A stretch of DNA of 61,235 bases, the filler included, from Sphacelaria rigidula (taxonomy: Eukaryota): NCBI GenBank assembly GCA_964200075.2. It is 9 parts of 9 records of this genome, joined end to end, with 100 filler letters (N's around TTAATTAATTAA, not from the genome) between each part and the next. Parts side by side here need not be neighbours in the genome. Positions count along the whole stretch, not along the records: positions 47,707 to 54,421 come from CAXNAA020018460.1; positions 54,522 to 61,235 come from CAXNAA020018461.1; 7 more parts are not named here. The stretch is one strand, 5' to 3'. Shown here piece by piece: positions 47,707-59,064 of this stretch. The notes beneath the pieces were generated by a model. The model saw only the letters and a program-made list of their open reading frames with translations, was not told where the DNA came from and did no database searches. Every line of letters begins with the position of its first letter. Positions within the stretch are counted from its first letter, which is position 1. The position numbers and the translations under genes were made by a program.

Positions 47707-50700
47707 CCATTGACCACGCATCCCTTTCGAGACGGAGCACCGTTCCTACTCCTAATAGAGACACCTCCAACATGCAGGGTTTTCGGGAAAACTTGAAACT
47801 TGGATCCCGTCGGACCCCGGAAAAACGGTGGAAAAGTCAAAAAGTAACCGAACCTCGTCCATTGAAAAGTTGCGTCATGATCCTTAGCATATTTATTCAG
47901 ATTTTCAGGGTCTAACTCGTAAAATCAGTATAAAGTTTTGCGCGTTTGTGCGAGACGTGAGCTTGAAGCGTGTAAACTCCCAACTACTTGGTTTTAGTGT
48001 ATGAAACCTCTTTTTCGGCTAGATTCAACGTTTAGGCGAGAAAAAGTGGACGATGTTCTCGAGCTTCTCAACCAAATTTTGTACATATGTACCTTGGACC
48101 ACCCCGGGACGCATCAATTTTTCTCGTATTTTGATGCATTCTGCACCGCCTTCCGGGGGTATTCACACTGGGACCCCCGGAAGCCGGTGCAAAAGAGGGA
48201 GAAACTTTGATGTAAGGTCAACAATTCAAATTTTCTATTTGGGGCACCAATACCTACGGAACTGCCAAGGCTGAGGGTGACCTGAGCTTCTTCACGACAG
48301 GCGTGTGAGAAACCGTCACGAGGCTCTCTGGGTCTTTCGTGCGTATCATCACGGGAAATTAGACTACGCCAGAACCCCACATTACCGAAACACCACGGTT
48401 TCGGGTATAATTCGACGCCGTCTCAACCGTTTTCGAATCTGTTTTTTTCCGTTTGATTCCCGAGCTGATGACTTCTACTATGATTTGAAGCATGCGGATA
48501 ATGTATAAAAATTAGTCTTGGAATTCCTGTTTTCGAATTCACAAGAACTTGAAGGGCGCTGATTAGTCGACGTACTTTTTCGCCCTAAGCGCCACCACTA
48601 TCTATGGCATGAAACACAAATCCGGTTATGTCACTCTCTTCAGCTGTTCATAGTCGTCAGTATGATATCATGCATGCGGCTATTGCATACGGGCGGGTAT
48701 TGGGAAGTGCATTTATCTCCTGAAGACACAGTTTTGGGTAATGAGCGTGAACCAGCTTGTATATTATGCACGGTACAGCAGCAACAGCACAGACCAAGGA
48801 GCACAGCACAGCAAGCACGTGAAGAAGTTAAAACATACTATACATCCATTCAAAATAAAAACATGATTGTTATTTAGGCGTGCTCTGCGTGGCAGAATCA
48901 TTAGCGTAACCCCGACAGTATCATGACTGCGATATGAAGCCAGAGGTCGGCGTATATCATTTGCATTTGCACCTCTTCGAACAGGAAGAATTTGGATTTA
49001 ATCCTTTGATCACGAGGGTAGGTCACCTGCTGAATCAGTATCAATCTCAGTTGAAAAAGTATGCATGGGATGGACTATACCCGCAACACGGTCTAAGGGT
49101 TAATGATCAACATTTCTGCTGAAATTGGAGAGAAAATAAGATGCCGAACCTCGCTTCAAATAAGAGTTTCTCAACATCTATCTGTTGCGCTCTGTATTAC
49201 CTCCAAAGCCAAGCAGACCGCGGATGGACAATTTTGGGCAATGATCTGGGTGCTGGGGGTAGAACTCGTCGTCACCACAGTCAATTACATATATTATGCA
49301 TCATGCCATCGCGCACACATACTGTATAACTGTCATATTACCCATCGTAGTTCAATGTTGAAGCCGCACTACTAGTGTGTGCGGAGTGATGGCTTCTATG
49401 GCACGTAAACCGGAGATACGGCCGTTGCAGAAGCAGGCCCAACCGTGAACTATTTGTTTGACAGTTCCGAAACTCTCATATCTGCATATCTGTGTTTCCG
49501 GGACCGTAGGGAACAGGATCTCCACGGTAGAAATACTTATTTAACGTAGTAAAAACAAGAGCCACCGTCGACCCTGGGGAGTCAGAACTACTGTAGTCTG
49601 TGAGCGGTGCAGATCGACTCCAACCAAAGATCATGACACATATAGCATATATGTCATGTAACCTTCGACTCCGACAGCCAATATCACCCAGGTCGCGGTC
49701 AATCGTTGCCTACACATCAAGGAAGAAAATACGCCTCGCTTTGGAGTTCCTTGGGGATGATCCACGCTCGGGAACATCCTCAACCTCACTGGCGACGTAG
49801 CGGTTTTACAAGGTTCCACACATCAACGGAAAGAGTTGAACGTAACTGCCCGGACGACGTTGAACTAAGAAAGGGACGCGGGCCGACTATGTATGCCAGT
49901 TTGAACTCTGTTGAGCACACAGACAACCGATAGACCACAAGAAATATTCTCAAAATGCCAAGCCGGTGGTGTTCTCGTATCTACCCCGCGCTTCAATTGA
50001 TCCGATACGAAACTTGGCACGCGCTCACCGCTCTTCATTACCCCATTCTTCAATTTCCCCCACCACCGCACGGTAACACGACAGCTGCAACACAAACATA
50101 CACACCAGCACCACCACCAGGTAGCCTTGGAGACCCGACAGCGCGGCGCGTGGGTAAGAGTCACTGGAACGAAAAGGAATGGTGTGATGAGTGCTGCAAA
50201 TGTGTTGAACATATTCATGTCATGCATGGAGGATGAGGGCCGACACGTACTGGAATGGTATGTGCCTCTCTCGTCAACACACCCCGTTGCACACCATGAA
50301 GGTGGCTCTGACAGACAGGATTCAGAGACATATTCGCGGTACCTCTTGACCTTGCTGTAAGCCCTATGCCATAGAATGGGGGTCGTGGTACAGTATTCTC
50401 AGTGCTCCCTAGCAGCGTTCAACGGTGACTGATTTTTGTATCGGGCGACTGCATTTCGGGCCACATCGTATTATTTTCTTGTGGTGAAAGTGGCTGTGCG
50501 AGGACCGCATGAAACCCACTGTGTAAGTTTTCCCCTTTACTGTCATTGAGTCGGTACTACTGGGCTCTCCTGCTATGCAACGGTCGTCGTGCGTGCAAAC
50601 AACAGCGGACTATACGCGAGCGTGCGTGCATACAGTTTTCCCGCTCGATCTTATATGTTGAACCAAAACTGTCGCCCGAGTCATCATGTGATCCGTTTCG

Positions 50701-50766
50701 ACCGTTCAAAGCTATCCAACCGGAAGATTTTTCTCCTTTTTTTTATCGATCACAATACATTTCAAT

Positions 50767-51177
50767 GGGGATGAACGTTTTATTGAGGATGAGAAACCCG
50801 GAGAGTGAAAATCTTCGTATTCACACCAAACCTGCGAAATATGGTTCTATTTCTTCACTTGTTGGTAGCTATTGACAGCAATTACTACACGCCATAATAT
50901 ACAAATTTGGATCCTGATAACCGAAACGTTGGGGTCCGAGGTGAAAAACCAATTTTTGAGGAATTTCGGCGATCTGATCGGATCATCTAAATTTCCCCGA
51001 ATTGCTTCTTCATCTAGGACCCCAACATTTCGGTAATCAGGATCCAAAATTGTAACGGGTGTAGTAGTTGTCAATAACTACCAGTAGGTGAAGGAGTGGA
51101 ACTATATTTTGAAAACTTGGTGTGGATACGAAGATTTTAATTTTCGGGGTTCTCATCCTCAATGAAACATCCACCCC
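50767..51177. mobile_element. Foldback element with ~185-bp imperfect inverted arms
   Basis: attgaggatgagaa...aatcttcgtattcacaccaa...ggtagctattgacagc...ttggatcctgataaccgaaacgttggggtcc is mirrored in 51017-51177. Confidence 0.8.
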
Positions 51178-52498
51178 TAGATTGTATAATCCTGTGTTCA
51201 TACCTAGTTCCATAATAGCAGAGCTCCCTTTCTTTGCGCCAAGTTGACGGGGGGCTTTAGTGGGTCGGACCCCCATACTGCCTTGAGCAAAGCTTGCCAA
51301 CGCTTGAGGCACCTACCCGACATGACTTCCACGAGACAGTCTGGTCGAGGTTCCGAGTATTCGGCACACGAACACGCCTGCGGGGTAAGTGTTGTTGGGT
51401 CAGGTTTTCCTCCTTTCTTCAGGATAAAAACTCGCAAAACTGAGCTGCCAAATCCAGATTAAATACATTCAGTGCAATATATTGGATTTAGTAAGGAACA
51501 TCATTTTCAAGTAATATTTCCCGATAGAAAACGAATCGAGTGAAGGTAAGGTTATCGATCGTTTCCTCGTGCCCCATGAAATGTTCAAATGTTTACACCA
51601 AAATTCAGCGCCACCCACTATGTATATCATGACAGGGTTTCATATAGACTTTAGAATCGAGATATTTCTGGACGGCAAGATATTTACTCGACATGCGGTT
51701 TTAAATCAAGATGGAAGCATCTGACCGGGCAGTTGAGTAGATGGGCGTCTGCTCCTTGATCAGACGATTAAGACGATGTGTGAATCGCGGTCCAATTCGT
51801 CTGCGTCAATTAGGTATGGCTGCAACAGCTCAGTCAAGATCGTTTTTAGTCTGGCCCAGCTCGTATCCATCCGGGAAATGGCCAGCCTAGATGCATGTCC
51901 ATGTCCGAGAAAAGATGGATCTTCATTCCCCAGAGGGATCTCCCAGAAGGACATCCCAGATGGGTATCCTGAACGATGCTAACATCATGTATATTGATAC
52001 AATAACTATCCTAGATGATGGATCCCTTAATCCCAGATGGAGGTGGCAAGAGAATGTTGAGACCCTGAGATCATGGCACCACTAGTAGTCCTCTATGCAG
52101 CTCTCTATATCAACAGGTGGCGTGGGTTTATTTATTGCGCGCGGCCTGGCATGACTCGAGACGGCATATTTTACGGGCGCAATCAAACAACTATACTGAG
52201 GCAGTCACCCTAACTTTCGAACCATGGAAATCGCTTCGCTGTGTTCTGTCCACGCCACGACCCAACTTTCTAACGATCATATATGCGACGAACAAAGCTC
52301 ATTATTCGAGTCGACATGACGATGATGATGCTGCCGATCCCACATATGGACACCCAAGCTTTCAAAAGGTTGACACTAGACAGCGTGTATCTCTGCATGC
52401 ACTAGCCATATCACACCGCATGTCTTTCATCGTTGATGGCTCAGGTCTTTCAGTAGGGCAGCCTGCCTCAACCGTCAAGTCCGGTACCGAGATCGAAC

Positions 52499-52632
52499 AT
52501 GATTTCCTGCACCTTCATCTTCCTAATGGGGCTCCTGCAGCTTGCCCGTGGCGCTTCGGACAGCTACGACGATTCTTGGGGTGCTAAGCTCGTGTGTGAC
52601 ACGCAAGAAGACTGCCCGAAGTGCTCAACATG
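52499..52632 (+). CDS. Small secreted Cys-rich protein, exon 1
   Basis: MISCTFIFLMGLLQLARGA (signal-peptide-like) SDSYDDSWGAKLVCDTQEDCPKCST; donor TG|GTGCGT. Confidence 0.7.
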
Positions 52633-53310
52633 GTGCGTCATACATTTACACATAATATGTAATCACACGAGTCTACAAATATGTGTCAAGTTATTATGTT
52701 GCTTGCTGACGACGGCGTGTTTGGAATTTTTCAGGAATATAAATACATACCGTAGCCGCAATCACGTATCTACCATATGTGCAGCACTATGGAGCTACAA
52801 GCTAAAATGAGAGCGTCGTAGTAGACCAATCATGTGAATTCAAAGCACCCGCTCCCTCTCCCCGCCCACCCCGCCCACCGACTAGTAGGCTCCGAGGCGT
52901 AGATCCGCAGGCGAAACTGACGAAAACCACAATAAGAATCGATGCTACGTGTGTACAAACTACCCGTGAGCAAATGGTCCATCGAATCGCCTGGCCAAGT
53001 TTGCCTCGGCGGTAGCACCAAGTGTATTGCTCGTATGAAACGGGGGGGACCGATACCATCCAGTCCGCGTCTGATAGAGTCGAACTCAACACCCGTTACC
53101 GTCAAAGTATCGTCTGCAATATCATCAAGGGTGCCCGAAATCGGTGCTATGCTGTCGTTGATACTACCGTCACGCAACCTTTCCCCGTCGGGGGCTTTCG
53201 CAGTGGGTCAAATCACGACTAAACGAGCATCCCTTGAGAATTCCTCATGATGACCGCCCGCATACGCTTTCTGATTTGCTTATTCTGACACTTCCTTGTT
53301 TGACGAGTAG

Positions 53311-53479
53311 CGAGGTCGTACGTCACTCGCGACAGCTGCATATGAGGGGCGACCGTTGGGGCATTTGCGTCTACGACGGAAACAACAACGCCGACTGCTG
53401 CTGGGATGTGTGCAACGCCGGCGTCTGTGTCGATGTGGGCAAGTGTCAGATGCAGCCACGGCTCGACCAGAGCAATATT
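53311..53479 (+). CDS. Small secreted Cys-rich protein, exon 2
   Basis: Pyrimidine tract plus gagtAG; the phase-2 join gives Cys (TG+C). EVVRHSRQLHMRGDRWGICVYDGNNNADCCWDVCNAGVCVDVGKCQMQPRLDQSNI; donor GTGAGT. Confidence 0.7.
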
Positions 53480-53975
53480 GTGAGTGTAGGCAAAATAGTG
53501 TTCGCAGTATCTGTGAACGGCTTGACGACGTGTGCGAAATCGATCGAAACGAAGCTGCTACGTATATCGTGGGAGAAAGTATTGAGTGTTCCGACTCCTC
53601 TGTTCTCCCAATTCAATATGGCTAGCGGCGAGCAACTAAAAAGGCCTACATGGAAAGTATGTCCATTGAACAACATGGATGCTGCAAAGCGAATGTTGAA
53701 CTCCCTCCTGAAACGCCGTGATCTTCCGCTCTCTGAAGTTGCCTGATTCATTCGGTCAGCGTGGTCTTGATTCCTCTTGATCTCGACGCGATACTTGATG
53801 TTATTGATGCCCATGTGCGTGCACCCTTATCGCTGCATGATGGATGGCGGATTTCCGAGTGCGTGAACCTTGTTCCTCCGTCTTGCTGGTAACGACTCGG
53901 CCGTGACGTCAGAGTGCCAACCATACTCGTCGCTGAAATTGTTTCCCCGCTACCGTGCTCCCTGCACCTCGGCAG

Positions 53976-54015
53976 AAATGCGGGCATTCGGGTCGGTGCA
54001 GGAATGGCTTCTGTG
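53976..54015 (+). CDS. Small secreted Cys-rich protein, exon 3
   Basis: ccctgcacctcggcAG acceptor and G|GTAAGT donor; KCGHSGRCRNGFC in phase 0. Confidence 0.65.
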
Positions 54016-54421
54016 GTAAGTCATGTGTTTGATGACGTGTGACAACGAGTCGACCAAAATGGCGCTGGCCTATTAATACGATCGTAGCGGATGATCCAAC
54101 GAAAACTGCCGGCTTACTGTGTCGCCTGCAGGCGATTGTCGACTTCTCAAGGTCGATCGACTTCGGAAAATTCGAAAATTCTCTTTCTCGGTATGATGAG
54201 CAAGTTCAATCACCAGACAATTAGGTTTGAGAGGCCCTGAATCCAACTCTATCGCTCAAGCGACCGACACGTGGTTGCTTTTGGTTTACACTCCACCACC
54301 GCAGTAGCCGTGGGTGATGGACACAAAACCTGATTGAAGCCCGTCGTCGAGCCGAAATTACCCCCCCCCCCCGTCCTGACTGAAGAAAGCGCCAGACTAA
54401 CCAACGAAAGGAAGCAACAAC

Positions 54422-54521
54422 NNNNNNNNNNNNNNNNNNNNNNNNNNNNNNNNNNNNNNNNNNNNTTAATTAATTAANNNNNNNNNNNNNNNNNNNNNNN
54501 NNNNNNNNNNNNNNNNNNNNN
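54422..54521. other. Artificial 100-bp contig linker
   Basis: N44-TTAATTAATTAA-N44. Confidence 0.98.
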
Positions 54522-54624
54522 GGGGGGGGGGGGGAGAAAGTTGGAAAAAACAACACAAAGCAACTTGACCTCAACTACACATATACATGACACCCATACT
54601 TATGCACGGACGTTAAACTCTCAC

Positions 54625-54827
54625 CTCAAGATGGTGCCCACCAGAATGTCGCCGCCCAGATCATCCACCACGGGGAAGCAGTCGTGCTCGCACGATGATA
54701 GCGTGTCGAACACAGCACCCGCCCTCTCCAGGGGCCTGAGACATCGCACCCGTCTCGACATGGCCTGCGATGCCGTCATGTCGTTTCTCGAAGCCACTGA
54801 TGGCACCTCGTCCTCTAAGAACGGTAG
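54625..54827 (-). CDS. CLC-6/7-type chloride channel/transporter exon (CBS1 domain)
   Basis: ttttatttccAG acceptor and AG|GTGAGA donor. LPFLEDEVP...MTASQAMSRRVRCLRPLERAGAVFDTLSSCEHDCFPVVDDLGGDILVGTILR. Confidence 0.9.
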
Positions 54828-56611
54828 CTGGAAATAAAATAAAAAACAAGACAACAACGAAAATACAATATAAAGCGAAAGCAAAAACAAAAAAACATGA
54901 AAAAATGAAGACGGCAATTTATATGAAGAATAAAAATATACAACGAGGTAAAAACAAACATAAATTCATGAAAGGCAGGTATACGATACATTCAACAGCC
55001 ATGTGAAAGACAAAAAAAAACTTCACAAACTCGACACAAAACTAGGTTCAACGAACAAAAAAAATGTTAGGGCAGTGCGACGCCGCCGTCACCTCGCTTC
55101 ACGAAAAACTACCGCAGGCACTTTTTCAAGAACGTAAGCGGAAAACAGAGAATCAAATATGAAGCCTAACAGTGCCACAGGTAAAGTATATGTACACTTA
55201 GATAATTACACGAATAGACCACAAGATGCTAACCATCGCCTCATCGTGCAGTGTCTCAAGTTAATAGTGATTGATTCATTATTGGATCGATGTGGTGATC
55301 GCACACTAACTGGTCGTCGAGGGATCGAGCCGTGAACACACTACTTCAAACCCTGGACACTATATTGTCGATAGATGCAATAGACCAAACATGTACTGGA
55401 TAAAGTATAGGCCTGTTGCAATTGTTGACGGCCGACAATGGTTGCAACAGGTCAACACTTTACCCAGTACATTTCCAGTCTATTGCATCTCTTGACCATA
55501 CGATGTCCAGGGTGTGCATTATTTCGTAAAACATATAAACCCTGTTTTTACGGGAATAAAGATGAAAGGGGAAAAAAAAAAATCCACCAAAAACGACCGT
55601 CACTATGCCCCGACTACCATCAGACGAACGGCATTAAAAACACACCATCACCGGAAAAACAGCAACAACAAAAATCGTACTCCTTCTGTGACGATTCTCG
55701 CGAGGCTCTTACTCTCTGGACCTCACATTCTACAAACGAATACCATCATGATCGTTGAAGGTACCATGGTGATTCGTCGTGCGGGAATGTGTGTGTGTGT
55801 GACGGAAGGGAAGGGGGGGGGAGGGAGGGAGTGACGGTGCACTCATGATCTTGCATGCCGTAGTCGCAAGACCATTGACCTCGCATCCCTACAATGCCGG
55901 GACGGGGCACATCGGGTTGTCACCGGACGGGGTTTGCAGGTACGCAAGCGTGAAGCACAGTGATGTGTTCGGCGAGTCGCATGAGCGGTGAGCTGCATCC
56001 TGCTGAGATTGTTCGGTCCGAAGCGTATGGATTATCTTGCATGCGAATGACAGACTTTAGTAAGTTGCTTCATTTTCTGGTATCGCCACTTCCAGAGACA
56101 AGCACGGGCTACACACTGCACCATGGGTGTCTCACCATCTTCATATTACGTAGTATCATCATCGCCTTTGGGCAGAGTTGAGGTCCTCCCACCGCCGCAC
56201 GACAAGAACTAACTCGACCACCATTCATTGTTGACGCAAAGAAACGCAAGCGAAAAAAAAAAACGGTAACCGGGTTGCCTAGCTTACACAGTGAGCGGCG
56301 TGTTTTACAGCGTCGTTGTCAATCGACCCCAGCTCTTAAAACGGAGAAGTGTGAGGGGGACGCCGAGGATCAAAGGCCTTCAAACAGGGAGAATGCATTG
56401 ATATTGCTTGGTAGAGTACGTGGCACAGCTGCAGCAAGTGCAAAAGCCACAAGATTGATAACTAACAAGTATCACAGGAAAGTGCTCATATGCCGAATAC
56501 TTCTTTCGCGTATCTTGGGTGAAACTGAAGACAACAAATCCCTATCAACGGAGGGCCGGGGCGGAGGCGGGGGGAGCTGCTCAGTTGAATCCCACTGACT
56601 TAAAAATACAA

Positions 56612-56701
56612 GGCGTGTATCGTGGGAGAGATGAGATGATCCCTTGAGACCACGGACTCGTCCCGAGGAAGGAGAGGGGTTCAAAGTGCGACGAAAAAAA
56701 A
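56612..56701 (+). mobile_element. SINE family A, 3' fragment, in a CLC intron
   Basis: gggagagatgagatgatcccttgagaccacggactcgtcccgaggaaggagaggggttcaaagtgcgacgaaaaaaaa. Confidence 0.8.
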
Positions 56702-56939
56702 CCATCTAGACGATGTCGTGAAGCGCTGTAAAAGCGGGGGTGAGTGAACGTACACCCTCAACGTGTTCAAATCAACGATCAGTGCTCTTCTTATTTCAGC
56801 CAACACACGAAACGTCTTGCCGATCGCTTTTGAATCAAACACCCTGCGTATTCGCACCTTGGATTTATTGTTCGTTCGAGCTCGACATTATACGTGTCAT
56901 GTTCCAGGTTTTGACATGTTGAGTATCCAAATCTCTCAC

Positions 56940-57068
56940 CTTGTTGATGTGTATTTGCATGTCGTACAGCCCCTCGTTGAAAACGTTACCCACCCACCGC
57001 GCGGCCATGAGCGTCAGCATCAGCGGCAGAACGTACTGCATATCTCCCGTAGCTTCCAGAATAATAAC
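56940..57068 (-). CDS. CLC chloride channel exon (helices P-R)
   Basis: cgtgacAG acceptor and AAG|GTGAGA donor. VIILEATGDMQYVLPLMLTLMAARWVGNVFNEGLYDMQIHINK, containing the GLYD Cl-binding Tyr motif. Confidence 0.93.
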
Positions 57069-57658
57069 CTGTCACGTTGTTGGGGACGCACGCACCCATA
57101 CAGTAGTGCGAACGTCAAATATTTTATTCACTCAGTCGGGATTAATCCACAGGCGATTTCTCACCTTCACTCAAAAGTTTGGGAGTCGATCGGAGGTGAG
57201 AAACATGAAAAAAAACCCGTCGTGCTCAGGGTACATTTCCCAATTTTGTGTTGTCGGAACGATAAGGAGTGAAACCCCGTTTATCCAGGAGGTGTTATTG
57301 ACCGTATATGAGGAGAGCACGGTTTTCGATTGTAGCGTAGTGAATATCGCGAAAATAAAAAACTGAAGCACAGGGTTACTCGTTATACCATCAAGATCGA
57401 TTCGGTCGAGTGAAGATATCAACGAGCGAGAACCGGAGGCTGTACACTCGTAGGACCCTCAACGACCGGTGAGACCACATCTAGTTCTTTTTTGGTCGTA
57501 TTGTACAAAAAATGAGTGGTTTTTTCGAGACGTGCGTCGGAAACTCACGTTTCTCGATTCCCAAAGTTTGGGATTGAACAGAGATCGTGATGATGTGTCA
57601 TAGTAACGGGAAGAAAAAAAAATCTCTAAATATCGCTCTCAATCAAAAACGTAAAGTT

Positions 57659-57907
57659 TCGGATAGCTCATGAGCTACCTTTTATAAAGTACCTGATCGA
57701 AGAGAACTCCAGACCCCTCGTCCAAAAACACAAAACACGTGACAGTAGGGTCCGAGAAGTCAAAGCGCTACTTATGTGCTACTCCGCGTGCTTGGTGTCC
57801 AGCGCCGCAAGGAGCACGTTATGAATAAGGGGTCAAATGAGATAGATCATGATCCAGATCATAACATCAGCAAGAAGTAATATTTAGGTAGCTCATGAGT
57901 TGTCCGA
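57659..57907. mobile_element. MITE-like element with 21-bp TIRs
   Basis: tcggatagctcatgagctacc versus ggtagctcatgagttgtccga (2 mismatches). Confidence 0.55.
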
Positions 57908-58772
57908 CGTGTGCAAAGGTTTAACTTGAACTACGATACACAAGACTCACACGCAAACACAGGAGAGACACAGGAACAACTACATATACACACGCACTGT
58001 ACACATATCGAAACGTCAATAACTTTGTAAAATCGTGTATGATACTGTGGTCGGCAGGCTACTAGATCGAAGTCTTTCCAGCGACGTTCAAGACCAGTCA
58101 GTCCCAGCGGAAATGGAAACATGGAAGATTCGGATCTTCCAGCGGGACTACGGATCTTGAAATTTCGGGGACCTTTACATGAGGAATCGAGAGAAGGCTC
58201 CGCAAGCAACGTGCATAAAGCAGCAGCGGCGAGTACCGTAGACTACACTGTATACGACCCCTTGGTGATGACATTTTGGGACCCGAGAAGTGATCACCCG
58301 AGGGCGGTAACAACCATTCACGGGGGTGGTATACTACGTACGGAACATATCCCAACATAGCACTGTAGGGACCAACATGCTGACAAAAAAAGTAAAAAAT
58401 TCATGACCGCGGGGAGTGTCATTGAGGGGGGGGGGGGATATACGACGTACGCGTTGTATACACCGTATCCCGCGTTCTACGGTACAGCACGTTTGTTTAG
58501 AGCAGGATTACCCATGATGACCACTACAGATCACCCAAAACTTTTCGCACTGTTAGGCAAAGAACACACTATTGGTCACGTACGCTCGATATACCAACAA
58601 AATGATATCCAAAAAGTAAATAAAATCGGGGGAAAAAACATATATAAAGTAGAAGTCATCACAAAATGAAGAAAATAAAATCAATCAGCACAAAATTGCA
58701 TAAAATCAAGTCAATTCCTATTCTAGCATTGAATATATATGTTTTACTAGCAAGCAAGCGCAATGAAGTCAT

Positions 58773-58904
58773 ACCCTGGACAAAAGAATACACAGTCAAA
58801 AAGTGTACTGCGTGCAGTATCGACTATTACGCCTATTGCAACAGACAACAGATTCCATACTGTGCGGAGTACAATTTTTTACAATATAATATATTGTCCA
58901 GGGT
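58773..58904. mobile_element. Small palindromic MITE next to a CLC donor site; related element at ~59881-60077
   Basis: accctggacaa...aaaaagtgtactgcgtgcagtat / atactgtgcggagtacaatttttt...ttgtccagggt. Confidence 0.65.
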
Positions 58905-58939
58905 GTGAGCATTTGCAGTAGGTTCTGATAATATTTTAC

Positions 58940-59064
58940 CGTAAGCGAGATCGTCATGCGAGCCATGCCGCCGAGGCACGCAGCCGCTCCAATGAGCGCG
59001 TAGGTGCCGCTGTCGGCGAATGTACCGGACTGCAGCTTGTGCAACAGGTGTCCGCATAGCCGCC
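58940..59064 (-). CDS. CLC chloride channel exon (helices N-P)
   Basis: gtgagcAG acceptor and ACG|GTAAAA donor. [42 protein letters not shown], in frame with the 57068 exon. Confidence 0.93.

Noticed and set aside
6717..54521. Regularly spaced TTAATTAATTAA repeats (6815-bp period) as a biological array
   Set aside because: They sit in identical N pads and are a standard six-frame stop linker.
52499..54827. Cys-rich gene nested in or convergent with the CLC gene
   Set aside because: The two lie on different contigs separated by an artificial linker.
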